Shown: piece by piece, positions 1 through 12,629 of the stretch
Layout: every line of letters starts with the position of its first letter
How positions within the stretch are numbered: the first letter of the stretch is position 1
Assembly: GCF_036321535.1 (NCBI RefSeq)
Contig: NC_087436.1
Location: 22,756,001 to 22,820,000 of the forward strand
From: Camelus dromedarius
Lineage: Eukaryota
Length of the DNA stretch: 64,000 bases
Reading direction: 5' to 3'
Program-made: the position numbers and the translations under genes
Notes under the pieces: model-generated
Seen by the model: the letters and a program-made list of their open reading frames with translations, nothing else
The model's database searches: none
What the model was told of the DNA's origin: nothing

Positions 1-180
1 AACTGGGCCATGATTAAAATCGTATCCTGTGTACAAATCACATGAGGAGTTGTTAAAATCTCGTAGTCCTCCTTTGCCAGAGGTTCCATCCAGGTCTGGG
101 GCAAGACAAGGAAATCTGTTTCACAAAAGCCACAGGGGTTCTGATGCAGTGGGCCCATGCCACATTTGGATAAACACTAG
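1..180. mobile_element. MER5-like hAT-Charlie DNA transposon fragment
   Basis: Motifs aatcacatgaggagttgttaaaat...ggttctgatgcagtgggccca...ccacatttggataaacact resemble the MER5 consensus. Confidence 0.55.
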
Positions 181-329
181 GGTAGCAGACGGTAGGGTTC
201 CTTCGCTTAACCTCCTTGAAAACGTATGTCTCCTTGGAGCTGGGATTCCTGACACTATGTCAGAGAACACAAATTCAGCATTCTTAACATTCCCAATTAC
301 CCAAACCCTAGTGAAGTTTCCACCGTCTC

Positions 330-882
330 TCACCTGGACTTGGGTACTGGCCTCCCCATGGGTCTCCTGCTCCTACACAGCAATCAGAGTGACCCTCCTG
401 GAGCCCAAGTCAGGTCACGTTACTCCTCTGCTCAGTGCCCTCCCAGTTCCTGACGATGACCTACAAAGCCCTACGTGACCCTGCCCCTAGCTCTTTCCCT
501 AACCTCACCTCCTCTCCAGGCTCCCTCTCCACTCCGGCCACAGTGACCTCCTTGCTCTGGGTCTCAGGTACCGAGGGGGCCCATCCACAGGGCCTTTGTG
601 CTTTCCAATCCCTTTGTCTACAACGTTCTTCCAACAAATCCCCTCTTGCCTTCACTTTCATTTCACTGTCACCTCAAAGAGAGACTTGCCTTCATTCTCC
701 TAGACCCTGTCATTCTCAGTCCTCTATTTCTCCTTTGGACACTCACCACATGACACGGGGTATATCTGTGTCTTTGTGAGAGCAATGGCTTCATCTGTTG
801 TCCACATTACTGAGTCCCAGCAGCCAGAGCAGCGTGTGGCAAACAAATGGTGCACAATAAATACGAGATGAATGAGTAAATG
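330..882 (+). mobile_element. L2 LINE 3' end
   Basis: Typical L2a 3' motifs (tcaggtcacgttactcctctgctca, cctacaaagccctacgtga, tgtccacatt...cccagcagccagagcag) ending aataaata...gaatgagtaaatg. Confidence 0.75.
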
Positions 883-1939
883 CAGGGATTTCACATATGG
901 GGTCCATGGGAAATAAGATATTTAGAATCCATGGGAGTCTATTTGGAGAGCTCAGTTTTATATCACAAAGGGGAAAGTCCACTGCCTGGTCTGTTACATT
1001 CCTGGATGCCCAATGGGATAATCATTAAAAAGAAAAGAAAGGGGTGCTCATTCTTGGCTGGCTGCATGACCTGTCTCCTGCTCTGAATCTCTACATTGTG
1101 CTGGAGACCCAGTGGTTAACAGTGACAAGAAGAAAAGTTGTCCGATTTCTTCACTCTGCAGGTTTAAGGCAAGTGACTGCAGAAAGAATTCCGAATGTGA
1201 TTTTTTTGAATGTTCAACACATTCCTTGGTGCTGCTGGTGTCTTCTACAGTTTCCTTAATGGCTAATTAAACCAGGTGTAGGCAGAGGCACCGAGATGCC
1301 AGGGAAGGCGAGACCCCAGGGCTCCTCATTGCTCAGGCCCTGGAGGGAGCTGGGAAATCCCTGGAGCTGTGGAAGGTTCCAGGTGGGGAGGGGAAGCCCG
1401 GCTGCACCCAGGAAGCATTTCTACATAAGCAGCTCTGGTAAACTGCCTAGAAAGTTCTCAGAAGACAGGTACCTCAGACTCCAAGTTTCCCATAATTTAT
1501 CAGAATTTTCTTTTCTGGTTTTAAGTATTCACCTCTGTTCCCAGTTCTGTATCTATAATTCCTTATTTTTTTTTTTAATTCTTCTTCCTAAAAGGGGCCA
1601 GGGTTGTACACAGTCTTTTTGTGTATTTTGGTCTTGACTTCTCACTGAAGTTGGAAACTTCTTTGGAACTGAGGTTGTGTTTTATACTTTCTCTGTTTCC
1701 CATGTGCCTGAGATAGATCTGAGCTCACAGGGGAAGCCTAGCTAGTGCCCTGCCCCTCAGCGCCCTGTGTGGGTTGGAAAGGTTTTGGGGAACTTACCTG
1801 TCCCTTCCTGATGCTTCGCTCAAGAAGCTGGAGTGTCATTCCCAAATTACTGTTTCAAAACCCAAAGAAGTTTCTTTAACAGTCCACAGTGACAGTAGAA
1901 TATTTATTGAGTAAGATAAGACATTTTAATTTCAATTAA

Positions 1940-3620
1940 AAATTTAAAAGTTCTGGCTCTCTGGTTCCATATGCCTTCATTTTGAGTAAACACATATCTA
2001 CAAAGTAATTACAGAAAAATACAGGGGAAGATGATTTTTTTTTTTGTAAGAAGTGAGAAAAAGTCAAATGTTTTATGAAGATCCAATTCAGACTTAGCTA
2101 TTTCTGAGGGGGACTCAATGACTTGTCCTTCTTAATTCATGTAATTTTGCTTAGCAGTAATAGAACTTAGTGAAGCAAAGTTGTTCATGTATATAGAAAA
2201 TTTTGGTTGTTTGTTTTAAAAATTGAATTGATTTTAGTTAATAATAATAATAATAAAAAGACTGCACTCCAATTTTCATACTGGGGCAGAAAGAAAAAAT
2301 TAATCACTATTTAAAAGGAAAACTTTGGCCCAGACCAATATTAGTGCAGAAATACAAGCTCCTGTATTTGTTTCCACAAATATACTCTTTAGAAAAATGA
2401 ATAAAATATAATATAAAATATCCCAAACTAAAATTTTCAAATGAGAAAAGTTTAAATAAAATTGTTAATAGCTATTAAGGCAGAAAACTATGAGTAAAAT
2501 CAGTACCACTAGTTAACAATTTAGACTAGTAGCTAATAATAAACTAATTGAACCCTAACTTTTACATGTGTTTACTAGACTATTACTAAACCAGAATTAT
2601 TTTTATCACTTAAAGATAGAATTAGAGGGTAAATAACTATAATGGTTTGAAATTATGATAATTCAATTCATTAGGACAAAATTTTAAATTTTAATTAAGT
2701 AATAAACCTGATCAGCAAATTTTCTCTTGACAGATAAAGCAATGTGATGAATGGACTTCATAAGTGGACAAGTAATACAAACAAAAAGCTGATGGGTAAA
2801 AATAAAGTATATTCTGGACTATATACTCTAAAAATCATGATTTAAACTCTAAAAGAGTTTATCTCAAGTGCACTTTTTCTAGACTTTATAGTGCATTAGA
2901 AAGACTGGTTGAATCTTAGGTCCTTTACAGTTTGGGATAAATCAAACTATGCCATCTATATATAAGACAATAAAGGATTTATATTATAATTCTGTATATC
3001 AGGGGACATGTATCCAGCTGATCCCAAAGCAAGTCATTTAGAATCAAACTTGGAAGAAAAGGATACTGAATCCATCTCTAATCCTTCATGAGAGGTTCAG
3101 GCTTGATCCTAACCAGCTAATCTGTTAAGATGCAGCTTCTGGAGAAGCACTAGTAATATAGGTCCAATCAGAAGTTCATGGACCTTAGACTGTAGACCAT
3201 AATATCTGTTGTCCACAAAGTCAAAGTCTCTGTGAATTATCAATAAATGCTGCAAACAATCTCATATCACTCCTGCTAGTTTTTTCCCCAAAGTCAGAAG
3301 GCGTAGAGCAATGATCAGTGACAGTGAAAAAATTGTGACTAAAATTCGATAGACGTTTCACGTAAGCTACCAGGCTAAAAAACACATACTGGCAATTTCC
3401 CAAGGAGGAAACTGGCATAAACTGTAGGTTGAAAACAGAAGTTAGTGAACCAATAATATAGGAAAGCTCTTTAAAATTTTGAGATGGATCGCACAGATTC
3501 CATCAAGATGGAACCATGTACACCAAGGTGCTGATGAGATTAAACATATTAGTAAGAATTAGAAAACTCCCATCAGAGATACAGCGGCATAAACTGGCTG
3601 TTTTAGTGAGTTTCAGTGTT
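1940..3620 (+). mobile_element. Highly degenerate Ty3/Gypsy LTR-retrotransposon pol relic (RT end, RNase H, integrase)
   Basis: Manual translation gives collinear motifs: TNISA/fs/TSSC (2334-2365, cf. ISADASS), QFRLVANNKLIEP (2517-2555, cf. F.LETDHKPL.P), and in one frame 3018-3335 LIPKQVI*NQTWKK...VHGP*TV...FSPKSEGVEQ*SVTVKKL (cf. HG.P..V.SDNG...YPQSNG.AER.VQTVKKL). Confidence 0.65.
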
Positions 3621-4904
3621 TTAATCAGCTGTTCCATGTAAGAGCACACTACTAGGAGATGATTTGAGAAGGCTTGGATCAATAGAGTTTGGGGCAGTTG
3701 CTGTTGACTTACTCCATTTTAAAATGAGAACCACTCTGGTGACCATCAAAATCTGGGTTCATGTCTTCAGTATTATGTTCAAGCGATGGTAACTTTGACC
3801 CACATTTGCCCTTGTTACTATATCCCATAAGGTTTGGAGAAGCAATAACAAACTTGCAGTAACATTTGTATTTCATAAAGTACTTGGTGCCCTCTGTATT
3901 TCCACCTGGCATCTATCTAAAACTGGCCAGGGCATTTTCAGCTAGTTGTCTTTTCAAACAAAGAATTATAAAAAGCAATGCCTGTATTTGTTTAAAACAT
4001 AACTGAAAACAGTAATTTTCATTTTTCAACAGTCCACAGATACGAGAAGTGGGGTGTGTGTGTGCACACGCTTGTGTTTTAACATGCACACATGCACACA
4101 CGCAAACACACTTCTCAGGAACGGAGTCATTCATGGAATTTGACTACCCCCATTCCATCCCACTCTTTCCAATTACACTAACACATTAGCCAAATTATAA
4201 AGACAAGATAGCTCTAGAGCAATTATGCCAAAGTATAAGTGAAGGTGAAAGATTATTTCTCACTCAGCTCGAAATATTCACCCTGAAATTGCTAGCAGAC
4301 ATTAGAGGCTAACTGACATAGCGTACTGTCTTAGAGGTTGCTCTGAATCAAAACTATAATCTGAGGCCCTATAACAAAACGAGAAAAGTTGTATTTTTGA
4401 GATGAGGAGCTTGTGCAAATTAGGTGCTGTAGTGATCTGAGACTGGCCCTTTCCAGCACTCTTCAGTGCCATTCTATCACTCACCGCTGTATGTAGCCGG
4501 TTATTTTCCTCCACTTTCTCCCACCTTTCTCCTCTTACCTCTCTTCTTTCCCAACACTGGGTCCCTTTCTTTAGGTTTCCTTCCCCCTCTGCCTTAGCAC
4601 TGACACTGTCACCTGGGACTCAAACTGGCTTGTAGTGTTCCAGCTTCTGAATTCACTGGGTCAGTCATTGTCAGTCCTTTTCTATCCCAAACACAGGAGG
4701 GATGAGGGATGTAGCAGGCATCCCCATCAGTACTCCTGGCTCTCTTCAGCACTGGTTTTAGGAGGTGAAGAAAGGCTTACAAGATTCTTCCAGGAAAAGG
4801 AAAACTCACTAGGTTGAAAACTTTGAAATCCTTCCAGTGAAGGTCCAGTGAGCATGTTTCCCAACACTTCCCTCCACCGTGTCAGGCATCTCAACTCTGG
4901 AGCT

Positions 4905-5065
4905 TGTCACCCAAAGCGGTGTCCTCAGGCCAGCCATACTGGTGTCACCTGGGAGCTTGCTGGAAACACAGGATCTCAAACTTATCGGAAATGCAGGATC
5001 TCCAACCCCCTGAATCAGAATCTGCCTTTTAACTAGATCCTCATACTAATTCTGAGAAACTATGC
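4905..5065. mobile_element. MER5A DNA transposon
   Basis: gtcacctgggagcttgctggaaacacag...ctgaatcagaatctgccttttaactagatcc. Confidence 0.75.
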
Positions 5066-5159
5066 TCTTTCATGATAGGAATACAGTAAAACACAACATC
5101 CCTAAGGGTACAGACGTCATTCAACTATCAGTGACAACTTATGTAATAGAATATTATGA

Positions 5160-5355
5160 TCTTTGGAATTAAGCAGGCTGCTTTTTATTTCTAACATTTA
5201 ATAACCCTAAATCTTTAGCAAATTATTTAACCTTCTGGTACCTCAGTTAACTCATGTAAAGTGGAGGTAATAACACCGATCTTGCAGAGATAATGTGTTC
5301 CTAATTCTTAGCACAGTGCCAGGCAGAGAGTAGGTATAAAATAAATGGTTTTTTT
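5160..5355 (+). mobile_element. MIR SINE
   Basis: Core gcaaattatttaacctt...cctcagtt...tgtaaagtggaggtaataa and tail cttagcacagtgccaggca. Confidence 0.75.
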
Positions 5356-7494
5356 GTATTTAATTGTTAAAATTATTATTGATATTATTATTATTGTCAT
5401 TATTTAATCTATCCTGGCTTGATATGTTACTAAAAACTATTCAGATCAAGTAACACAGACATGTCTCATCTTCCCAGAGCTTCAACATAAAAGGGGCAAT
5501 AACTAAATGGGCAATTGCACAAAAACAGCAATGCAATGACAAGATAACACACTCATTCAGATCTGTTTATGCTGAGATTTTAATGAGCACGAGCTTGGGT
5601 TTATTAATCTGACCCATTGATTAAATCACATTATCTGAGTCATAAACTACAAAATCAGGAAACCACTAAGAAATGATGAGATTATCGCATTCACAAATGA
5701 AACAATATATCAAAGAAGAGTGGAAAATTTAGTAACAGAGAGGCTTTGTCCTGTTAGAGAAACATTTTTTAACATAATGTCAACAATAATCTCTAATGGA
5801 ATTTTTAATACTCTATTGCAATCTGAACTGACTAAAATAAATAGAAGTTCCCTATAAGCTCAAACCAAACATTTAATTAAATATACCAAACGTAAATGGC
5901 ATACTTTTAAATCCAGTCCCTCAAGCAAAAATGTCAGAAAAGGCTTCTTACTCTTTAAAAATATTGAAAAATAAACAGACTGCCAGAGAAACAGAGCTCC
6001 CTCTTTTTAACAATCTACCCACCATGTAATTGTCCTATTTACACCTATTCTAGGTATGAACCCTTGCCATTGCTGAGTCATAGAATTAGAAGTAGAAATA
6101 AATTTAAAAAACAATATATTAAGTTATTTCAAGATCTCTCTTTAGTACTTTGCATTCAAATCCCAATCCCTAGCATACCTTCATTATGTTTAAAAATATA
6201 ATTTTAATAAGAGATTGTTTATATTGCTTTCACACAACAAAATGTCTTTTTGGATTTGCTTTTCCAGGAATTAAGAGATAACTTTGCTATTTTAACTTTG
6301 TCCTAAATCTGTCCCCTTCCTACTATGTTTGCGTTGGTTGAACTTAGATGATATTATTAGATAAATAATCAAAACTCATTTCAACTGACTTTTACCAAGA
6401 TCACTTCTCTGCTTTTCCAATAATTATGTTTAAATTACTAACATCATTTCATCAGTTAACCTCTTTATTAATGTTTGGCTATTAATAAATTTTATTAAGT
6501 TAGCTAAGCCAAATAACATTCTGATTTATAAAAATTAATTTGGAATGTATATTAGTAAAATAATTGATCACTTGAGGCTTAGAATGGATTCCATTAGAAA
6601 TCTAGTTGGAAATTCCCAGTATATGTAACAGAAAAATGTTAAGATTTGAAGTTTTTAATACAAACATCCCTTTACTCATTATTTGTTTAGGAAAGGATTT
6701 CCAGATGATAGGTATATCTAGATAACTTGAAAAACTAAGGATTATCTGGAAACCCAGCCATGGGTGGAACTCCAAGTTTGACTTAATTTATAAAATAAAA
6801 TATGATCCATTTCGAGGTATCAAACAAGCATCCTTTACTTAGTTTCCTCTTTGCCTGTGTTTTTGCTTTGTTTTGGTTAATTTTAACTGAACTTTCAATC
6901 TAGACGTTGGGGGTATGTTCTCAGCCAGTTATGTAGATTTTGTGAGACCAGAAATAGAACGAACAACAGAAAAAGCTTCCATTCAGTCATCCTTTTATTC
7001 ATTCATTCAGCAGGGTTAATATGTGTTTGTTTGTTTCTAATCTCTGGAAATTACAAAACAAGGTCATTGTTTTTCTATTAAAATAGTTAAGTAATATATA
7101 TTTTCTTTAATAAAAGGTAGAAGATATTAACCAATGACTATTTAAAATCATGGTTTCCGGGATCTGATTAACAACTACTTATTTAGAAGCTATGATGTGC
7201 ACTGGCACGTGATGAGCAAGAGAGTGGAATTCCTGTCCTCACAGATCCTAAAGTCTAGAGAAGCAGAAAGGGAATTAAGTTGGCCATTAGAAGGTGGCAA
7301 TCCAAGTACAGAGTTCTATGGGAAAACATGAGAGAGGGCCAGTGCAGAATGGAGGAGTCAGAAACTCTTTCCAGGAGAGAAAGAAGGATACCCAAGTTGA
7401 AATCTGTAGTGTTGACACGTATTTATTGCCATTGATGATCAAAGCAATAAAAAAATTAAACCACAATAACATACAACTTGTTTGTATGTTATCA

Positions 7495-7723
7495 CAGTTG
7501 GCCCTTGAACAACCTGGGTTTGAACTGCACAAGACCACTTACAAAGTTTTTTTCACTAAACAGGTATCACAGTACCACATTGTCCAAGGCTGGCTGAACT
7601 GGGGGAAGTGGAACCAAGGATGTGGGCAGCCAACTGTAAAGTTATGCTGTAAAGTTACATCCTCATCTTCTCCTGTGCGGAGAGTTGGTGTCACTAGCCC
7701 CCACATTGTTCAAGGGTCAACTG
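7495..7723. mobile_element. Tigger2-derived MITE (TcMar)
   Basis: TIRs CAGTTGGCCCTTGAACAA (7495-7512) and TTGTTCAAGGGTCAACTG (7706-7723), 17/18 complementary. Confidence 0.85.
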
Positions 7724-7799
7724 TGTTGTCAATGATTTCTTAAAAAAAATAATAACTTGTATTAGATGGTTTGGCGGTAGGGGACCAGCCTCAAAGAGT

Positions 7800-8290
7800 A
7801 TTGATGAGAATGGAAAAATTGGTATTATCAGTCTCAGTACAATGTGGCAACATACACCAAAAATACAGAAACATGTATACTTTTGGACCTAAAATACCAA
7901 TTCTAGACACTTACTCAAAGGAAAAATTAAAGATATGGGGAAACATTATCTATATTACCATATAAATATCTAATTATATGGTGATGATTAAATAACAGTA
8001 CATTCATATAATGGTAAACAAATAAGTCATTAAAAATTGTTTAAAAGGAATATTTATTGACATGGATTCAGTCATGATATATTAAATGAACTTATGTTAC
8101 AAATCTAGGCATAGGAGGAACCAATTTTTGTTAAAAAATACACAAATGCAAAAAAGTTATGGAAGGATAAAAAAAAGTGTGTTACAATTATCTCTTTAAC
8201 AAGACTGTGACAGGATTGTGAATACTTTTTTTTTTTGGCATTTTTTGTGTCTCTATTTTCTAATGTTTTTTAAAAAATATGTTGTTTTAT
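7800..8290 (+). mobile_element. Old L1 (L1M) 3' fragment
   Basis: A-rich decayed L1 3'UTR-like motifs (aataccaattctagacacttactcaaaggaaaaa; gtacattcatataatgg). Confidence 0.55.
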
Positions 8291-8851
8291 AATTAGAACA
8301 ACAAAAATTATGGGACCAGGACAAAATGTATTATTTATAAGTATTTATAATCCCATCCTCCTCCCATCTCCTAAGGAAAGAGGATACTGAAAAAGATGCT
8401 TCACTTTGCTGCACAAGGTAGGGGTGAGGACACAATGCAGAGGTGAGAGAGGGTAGGATTCCTCTACATAGACGCTTCATAGTGCCACTCAGAGGAGAAA
8501 AAAAAATGATCCTGGAAAGAGACACAGGGAGAGAGAGTGGAAGACAGAGAAAGACAAAGAGGGATAAGAAGAAATACACAGATGAGTCCTAAGCAGCTGC
8601 TATAATTAGTAAACTCTGGAGAAGGAGGAATTTTCCAGAGGTTTTGGTATGCTATATGTGGTGTTCACAAAAAAAAAAAAAAAAGAAAAAAAAAGTCTTT
8701 AGAAAAGTCCTCCACACTGGTATGGAACTTGTGTGGATTTTAGAGGAGACACCAGGGGAAACAGCCATTTTCATATTAAAATGAACATGGTCTCCCAGAA
8801 GTTTAAAAAAAAACTAACTAATTAATTTTTATAATGATGTTGACTGAGAAC

Positions 8852-8887
<36 letters not shown>

Positions 8888-9374
8888 GGTAGGAAAGGAG
8901 AAGATGGCAGAAGATTTTAATTTTCTCAAAGCCCAGGCGCATGCGTGGGAGTCTCAGCGATATGGTGGCTATACTTGGAGGTGGTGATGCTTCCAATGGC
9001 GAAAACAATGCACCACGTGGGGAAAGGCACTAGAGCGGCCCATCCACCCTGAGCAAAGCCTAGGGTCTGCCAGGTGCGGAGGACATGGCAGGGCAGGTCA
9101 CCAAAGGCTTCGCAGGCCTGGGAATCGGAGGAGCCTTGAATCCAGAAGAGTCATAAATACCCCAAGTCTTCCACTTGAAGGGAAGCGCTGGTTACAAGGA
9201 ACAAGGTAACAGCGGAGCTCAAAGGAAAAAGGTTTTGAGGAAGTCTGTGTATGAAGATAAAGGTTTGTGTAAAGATGAGGTTCTTATCAACACAGCCAAA
9301 ATGATCTTCTAAAAACATCGTATCGTATGGTGCCACCCTTCCAGGCAAGTCACTCTAAATAAAGGCACCTTGTT

Positions 9375-9903
9375 TCACGCGCTGGTGAGCCAGATTCTTT
9401 ACACGGCCCCCCGTGGTCCTAACCTCTAGCAGCCCCTCCCCCTTGAATCCTCATTTCTTATTCACTCCACGTGGACGTCCTTGCTGTTGCTCTGATGCAG
9501 CAAGGAGGCACCTTAGAAGCTTGCGCTAGCTGCTTGCTTTGCCTAGAATGTCCCTCTACCAGATTTCCACTTGGCTAACTCCCTGCCCACTTCAGACCTT
9601 TGCTCACATGTCACCTTCTACCAGTCCCACCTTGACCACCATATTTAAAGATGCAACTGGCTTTCACACTAACCCACCACTTCAAACTGCCAAGTCCTCT
9701 CACTCTGCTCTATTTTTCCCCATGGCACAGCCATCTTCTACCTTCTGACTTATTTATTATGTTTATTATTTATTGTCTGTCTCTCCCTACAAGGGCAGAA
9801 CTCTTTGCTTACAAGGACTGATATACCCTAAGCATCTAGAACAGTCCCCAGTACTCCACTTGTTCTCAAAAGATAATTTTCAATAAATAAATGAGTGAAT
9901 AAA
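9375..9903 (+). mobile_element. L2 LINE 3' end
   Basis: tttgcctagaatg...ttggctaactcc...tttgctcacatgtcaccttc...gcatctagaacagt...aataaataaatgagtgaat. Confidence 0.75.
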
Positions 9904-10454
9904 GCCCCATGCTTGTTTCAATCTTCAGTATTAGCTCAGAAATCTGGTTACCCTTAGGGTAACCATGCAAACTAATTTTAAGAAAACCTAAAATAATTAT
10001 AAGAACTTAACATTGTTCTGTTGATTGGAGTTATACTACATCAAATAAATATTCAAATTGTTACATGGTGCTATTAGTGTCATTTCTCAGTGCTCTTCTT
10101 TCTCAGAGCTTGAAGGTATAAAATAGTTTTTAATTTGATAACTAGGTTTCAGTGTCCTCATCTGTAAGATGAGGGAATTACATGACATCATCGTGATGAT
10201 CTCTTTCAAAGGACTGCACTTCCACACTTGTGATTTTTAGATATTTGTTCCAATATGACAATCAGAAATATTGTCAGTTTAGCCCCTCATGTAATACACT
10301 GGCTGGCCTGTTTTTGTGTAAAACTGACTTTGATTCACAGTCTCACCTTCTCTGGATTCTTCCACAAAATATGAAAATCTAAGTTTACATTTATAAATAC
10401 ATAAAAGTGGGAAAGAGTTGAGAGCCTTTTCTTAATCTGAGAACCCTCTGAATC

Positions 10455-10607
10455 GAGGGGTAAATTAGGAGTATGGGATTAACAGATACACACCACTATA
10501 TATAAAATACATAAACAACAAGGATTTACAGTATAGCACAGGGGAATACATTCAATATCTTTTAATAGCCTATAATGGAAAAGAACAATATATATTTAGA
10601 TATTTAG

Positions 10608-10644
<37 letters not shown>

Positions 10645-10722
10645 CACATAACTGAATCACTGCTGAACACCTGAAACTAACACAATATTGTAAATTAAGT
10701 ACAGTTCAATTTTTAAAAAGCT
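10455..10722 (+). mobile_element. L1 3' end (artiodactyl-type) with internal (TA)n
   Basis: aattaggagtatgggattaacagatacacaccacta...gtatagcacagggga...acctgaaactaacacaatattgtaaatt. Confidence 0.85.
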
Positions 10723-12629
10723 AAAATGATGAAGCAGAATATATTGATGACAACCCTTCACAAAAACAAGACTGTTTAGAAAAGTTCCATGTGGCAACAT
10801 TTGTGGGCAGTAAGTTTGAAAGTGGAGGGATTTCTCCTTTTTTTTTTCTCTCCTTTAATCTCTTTTCTAAAAATAAGTCCTTTCTGTATTGCACAACATG
10901 GTAGAGTTCACAAAAGCCCAGATCCCACCATTATTTTTTATGTTTTAAAAATAAACATAAGATGTCTATTCTCAAGTTTTGATGGATTTGACAGCTCAGC
11001 AAAAATGTGAAGAGACTAAATTCCCAAGTTCAATAGCTTGTAGCACATTTAAGAATCATTTTAAGTTTATTAAAATAGTAAAGTAAAAAACTAATCTATA
11101 AAGTCAGCACTATTAGAGAAATTACTGTACATGAAACTATGATCTTACGAGCAAAGCATACTTACATAACATACCCTTTGAATTCCTAAACCAAAGTAAC
11201 CTCATGTAAAAAAAAAAAAAAGAACCTAATAAGTTTTATGTGTACTTCAACATTCACCTTTCTCTATCTTTGTCATTGAGTCTAACTAGGAATGTAACAT
11301 TTTCATATCTTCAAAATTTGAGGAAATATTACATCTTAAAGCATGTGCATTTCAGAGTTTTGGCTTGATCAATGAACAATTAAATCTGTTTAATATGTTG
11401 CAGTGATCTTCACATTAATTTGCCTGGAGTGAAAACAAGAGCTCCACACAAGATTGATCAAATGACTTTTAAGTTCCCGGTGCTAAATGGCTCCAGAATA
11501 CAAATGGAAGTGCATTACAGCCACACGAGCGCTCGATGAATTCCTAATGAGCAGGTGTCATCAGGCTGATTGCAGCATACAATGATAACACTCTCAGATT
11601 ACAGAGTGCCCTGCAATCTGCATTGGAGACCTGGCACTGCAATTGCATTCTTTGCTGGATCAATTCAAGCCTCGTTTAGGCTGTAAATGAATGTGCTCTG
11701 GATGAGTGTATTTTCTAAATGGATTAAATGTATTTTATAAATGGATTTTTTTTCCCCAGAATCCCCAAATGTCCCTGATTTTCCAACAGAAATTATCCTT
11801 TCCTTGGCTGGGTAATGCCAGACTAAGATTTCCAAAGGCCTGATAAGAATTCAGTTACCTTTGAACCACCATGTTCCGTCCTCCTCCGTAAAATATCTCA
11901 AATTCTCCCTTCCAGAGGCCACTGTCCTACAAAAATAATAATGGCATAAAATACACCCCTGGAGAAAGAGGATTTTAAGGAAGTCTCCACCTCAAAATAA
12001 GTACTTCTTCATTCATTTATTAAGGAACAAGCGTTTCTAAAGGAGAGAGAATGTCAAATCCTCATTTTCATCAAAGTTAGATAAGCATGCTATTTTCTAA
12101 CGACTTCGCATTTTGTTTTTCTCCAGCAGTTCCAGAGTCCTTTCCTGCTACCTGGCTGGCATCCCACTCTCTGGTTCCGTAGCATACTGTGTTCACAAAA
12201 TCAAACCAACGGGAAAAAGTCCTCCTGGGATGCTTCAACAAATTCTCTTGTTGCAGGCAGCACAAATGGATTAGGAAGCATTGCACCCAGACACTACGCC
12301 TAATGCTTGTCATTTAAGAAGGTACAAGCAAAAAGGCAGAAAAACTCCAAAGCTTTACAGTCCTTAGGAAAAAAAAGAAAACTAGTTTTCAAAAATCAAA
12401 TATATGTGGGAGGAAAGTTACAGTGGCTGCCACTTAAAGTACAACCTAATTAAGAACAAAAACGGTACTCATGTAACATTGGTCGGGATTGGCTAATTTA
12501 TGTCGTGGTGACGTAAAACACCAAAAATATCAAGGGTTTAACACAACAAAAGTGTTTCTCACTCACCCAAAGTCCTCTGCTGTCTGTCTTGGGGGCCTGG
12601 TCTCAGCGTTGCTGGCTACCCTGATCTCC

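Noticed and set aside
1940..3620. Domesticated Gypsy gene or endogenous non-retroviral virus
   Set aside because: Numerous stops and frameshifts exclude an intact gene, and the motifs fit LTR-retrotransposon pol rather than borna-, filo- or parvoviral proteins
4054..4111. TG/CA mixed tracts as structured RNA hairpins (also 15673-15715, 33111-33150)
   Set aside because: Ordinary degenerate purine-pyrimidine microsatellites; the self-complementarity is trivial
29..7743. ORFs 29..478, 435..779 and 7294..7743
   Set aside because: They overlap MER5, L2 and Tigger fossils, with no coding signature or splice support
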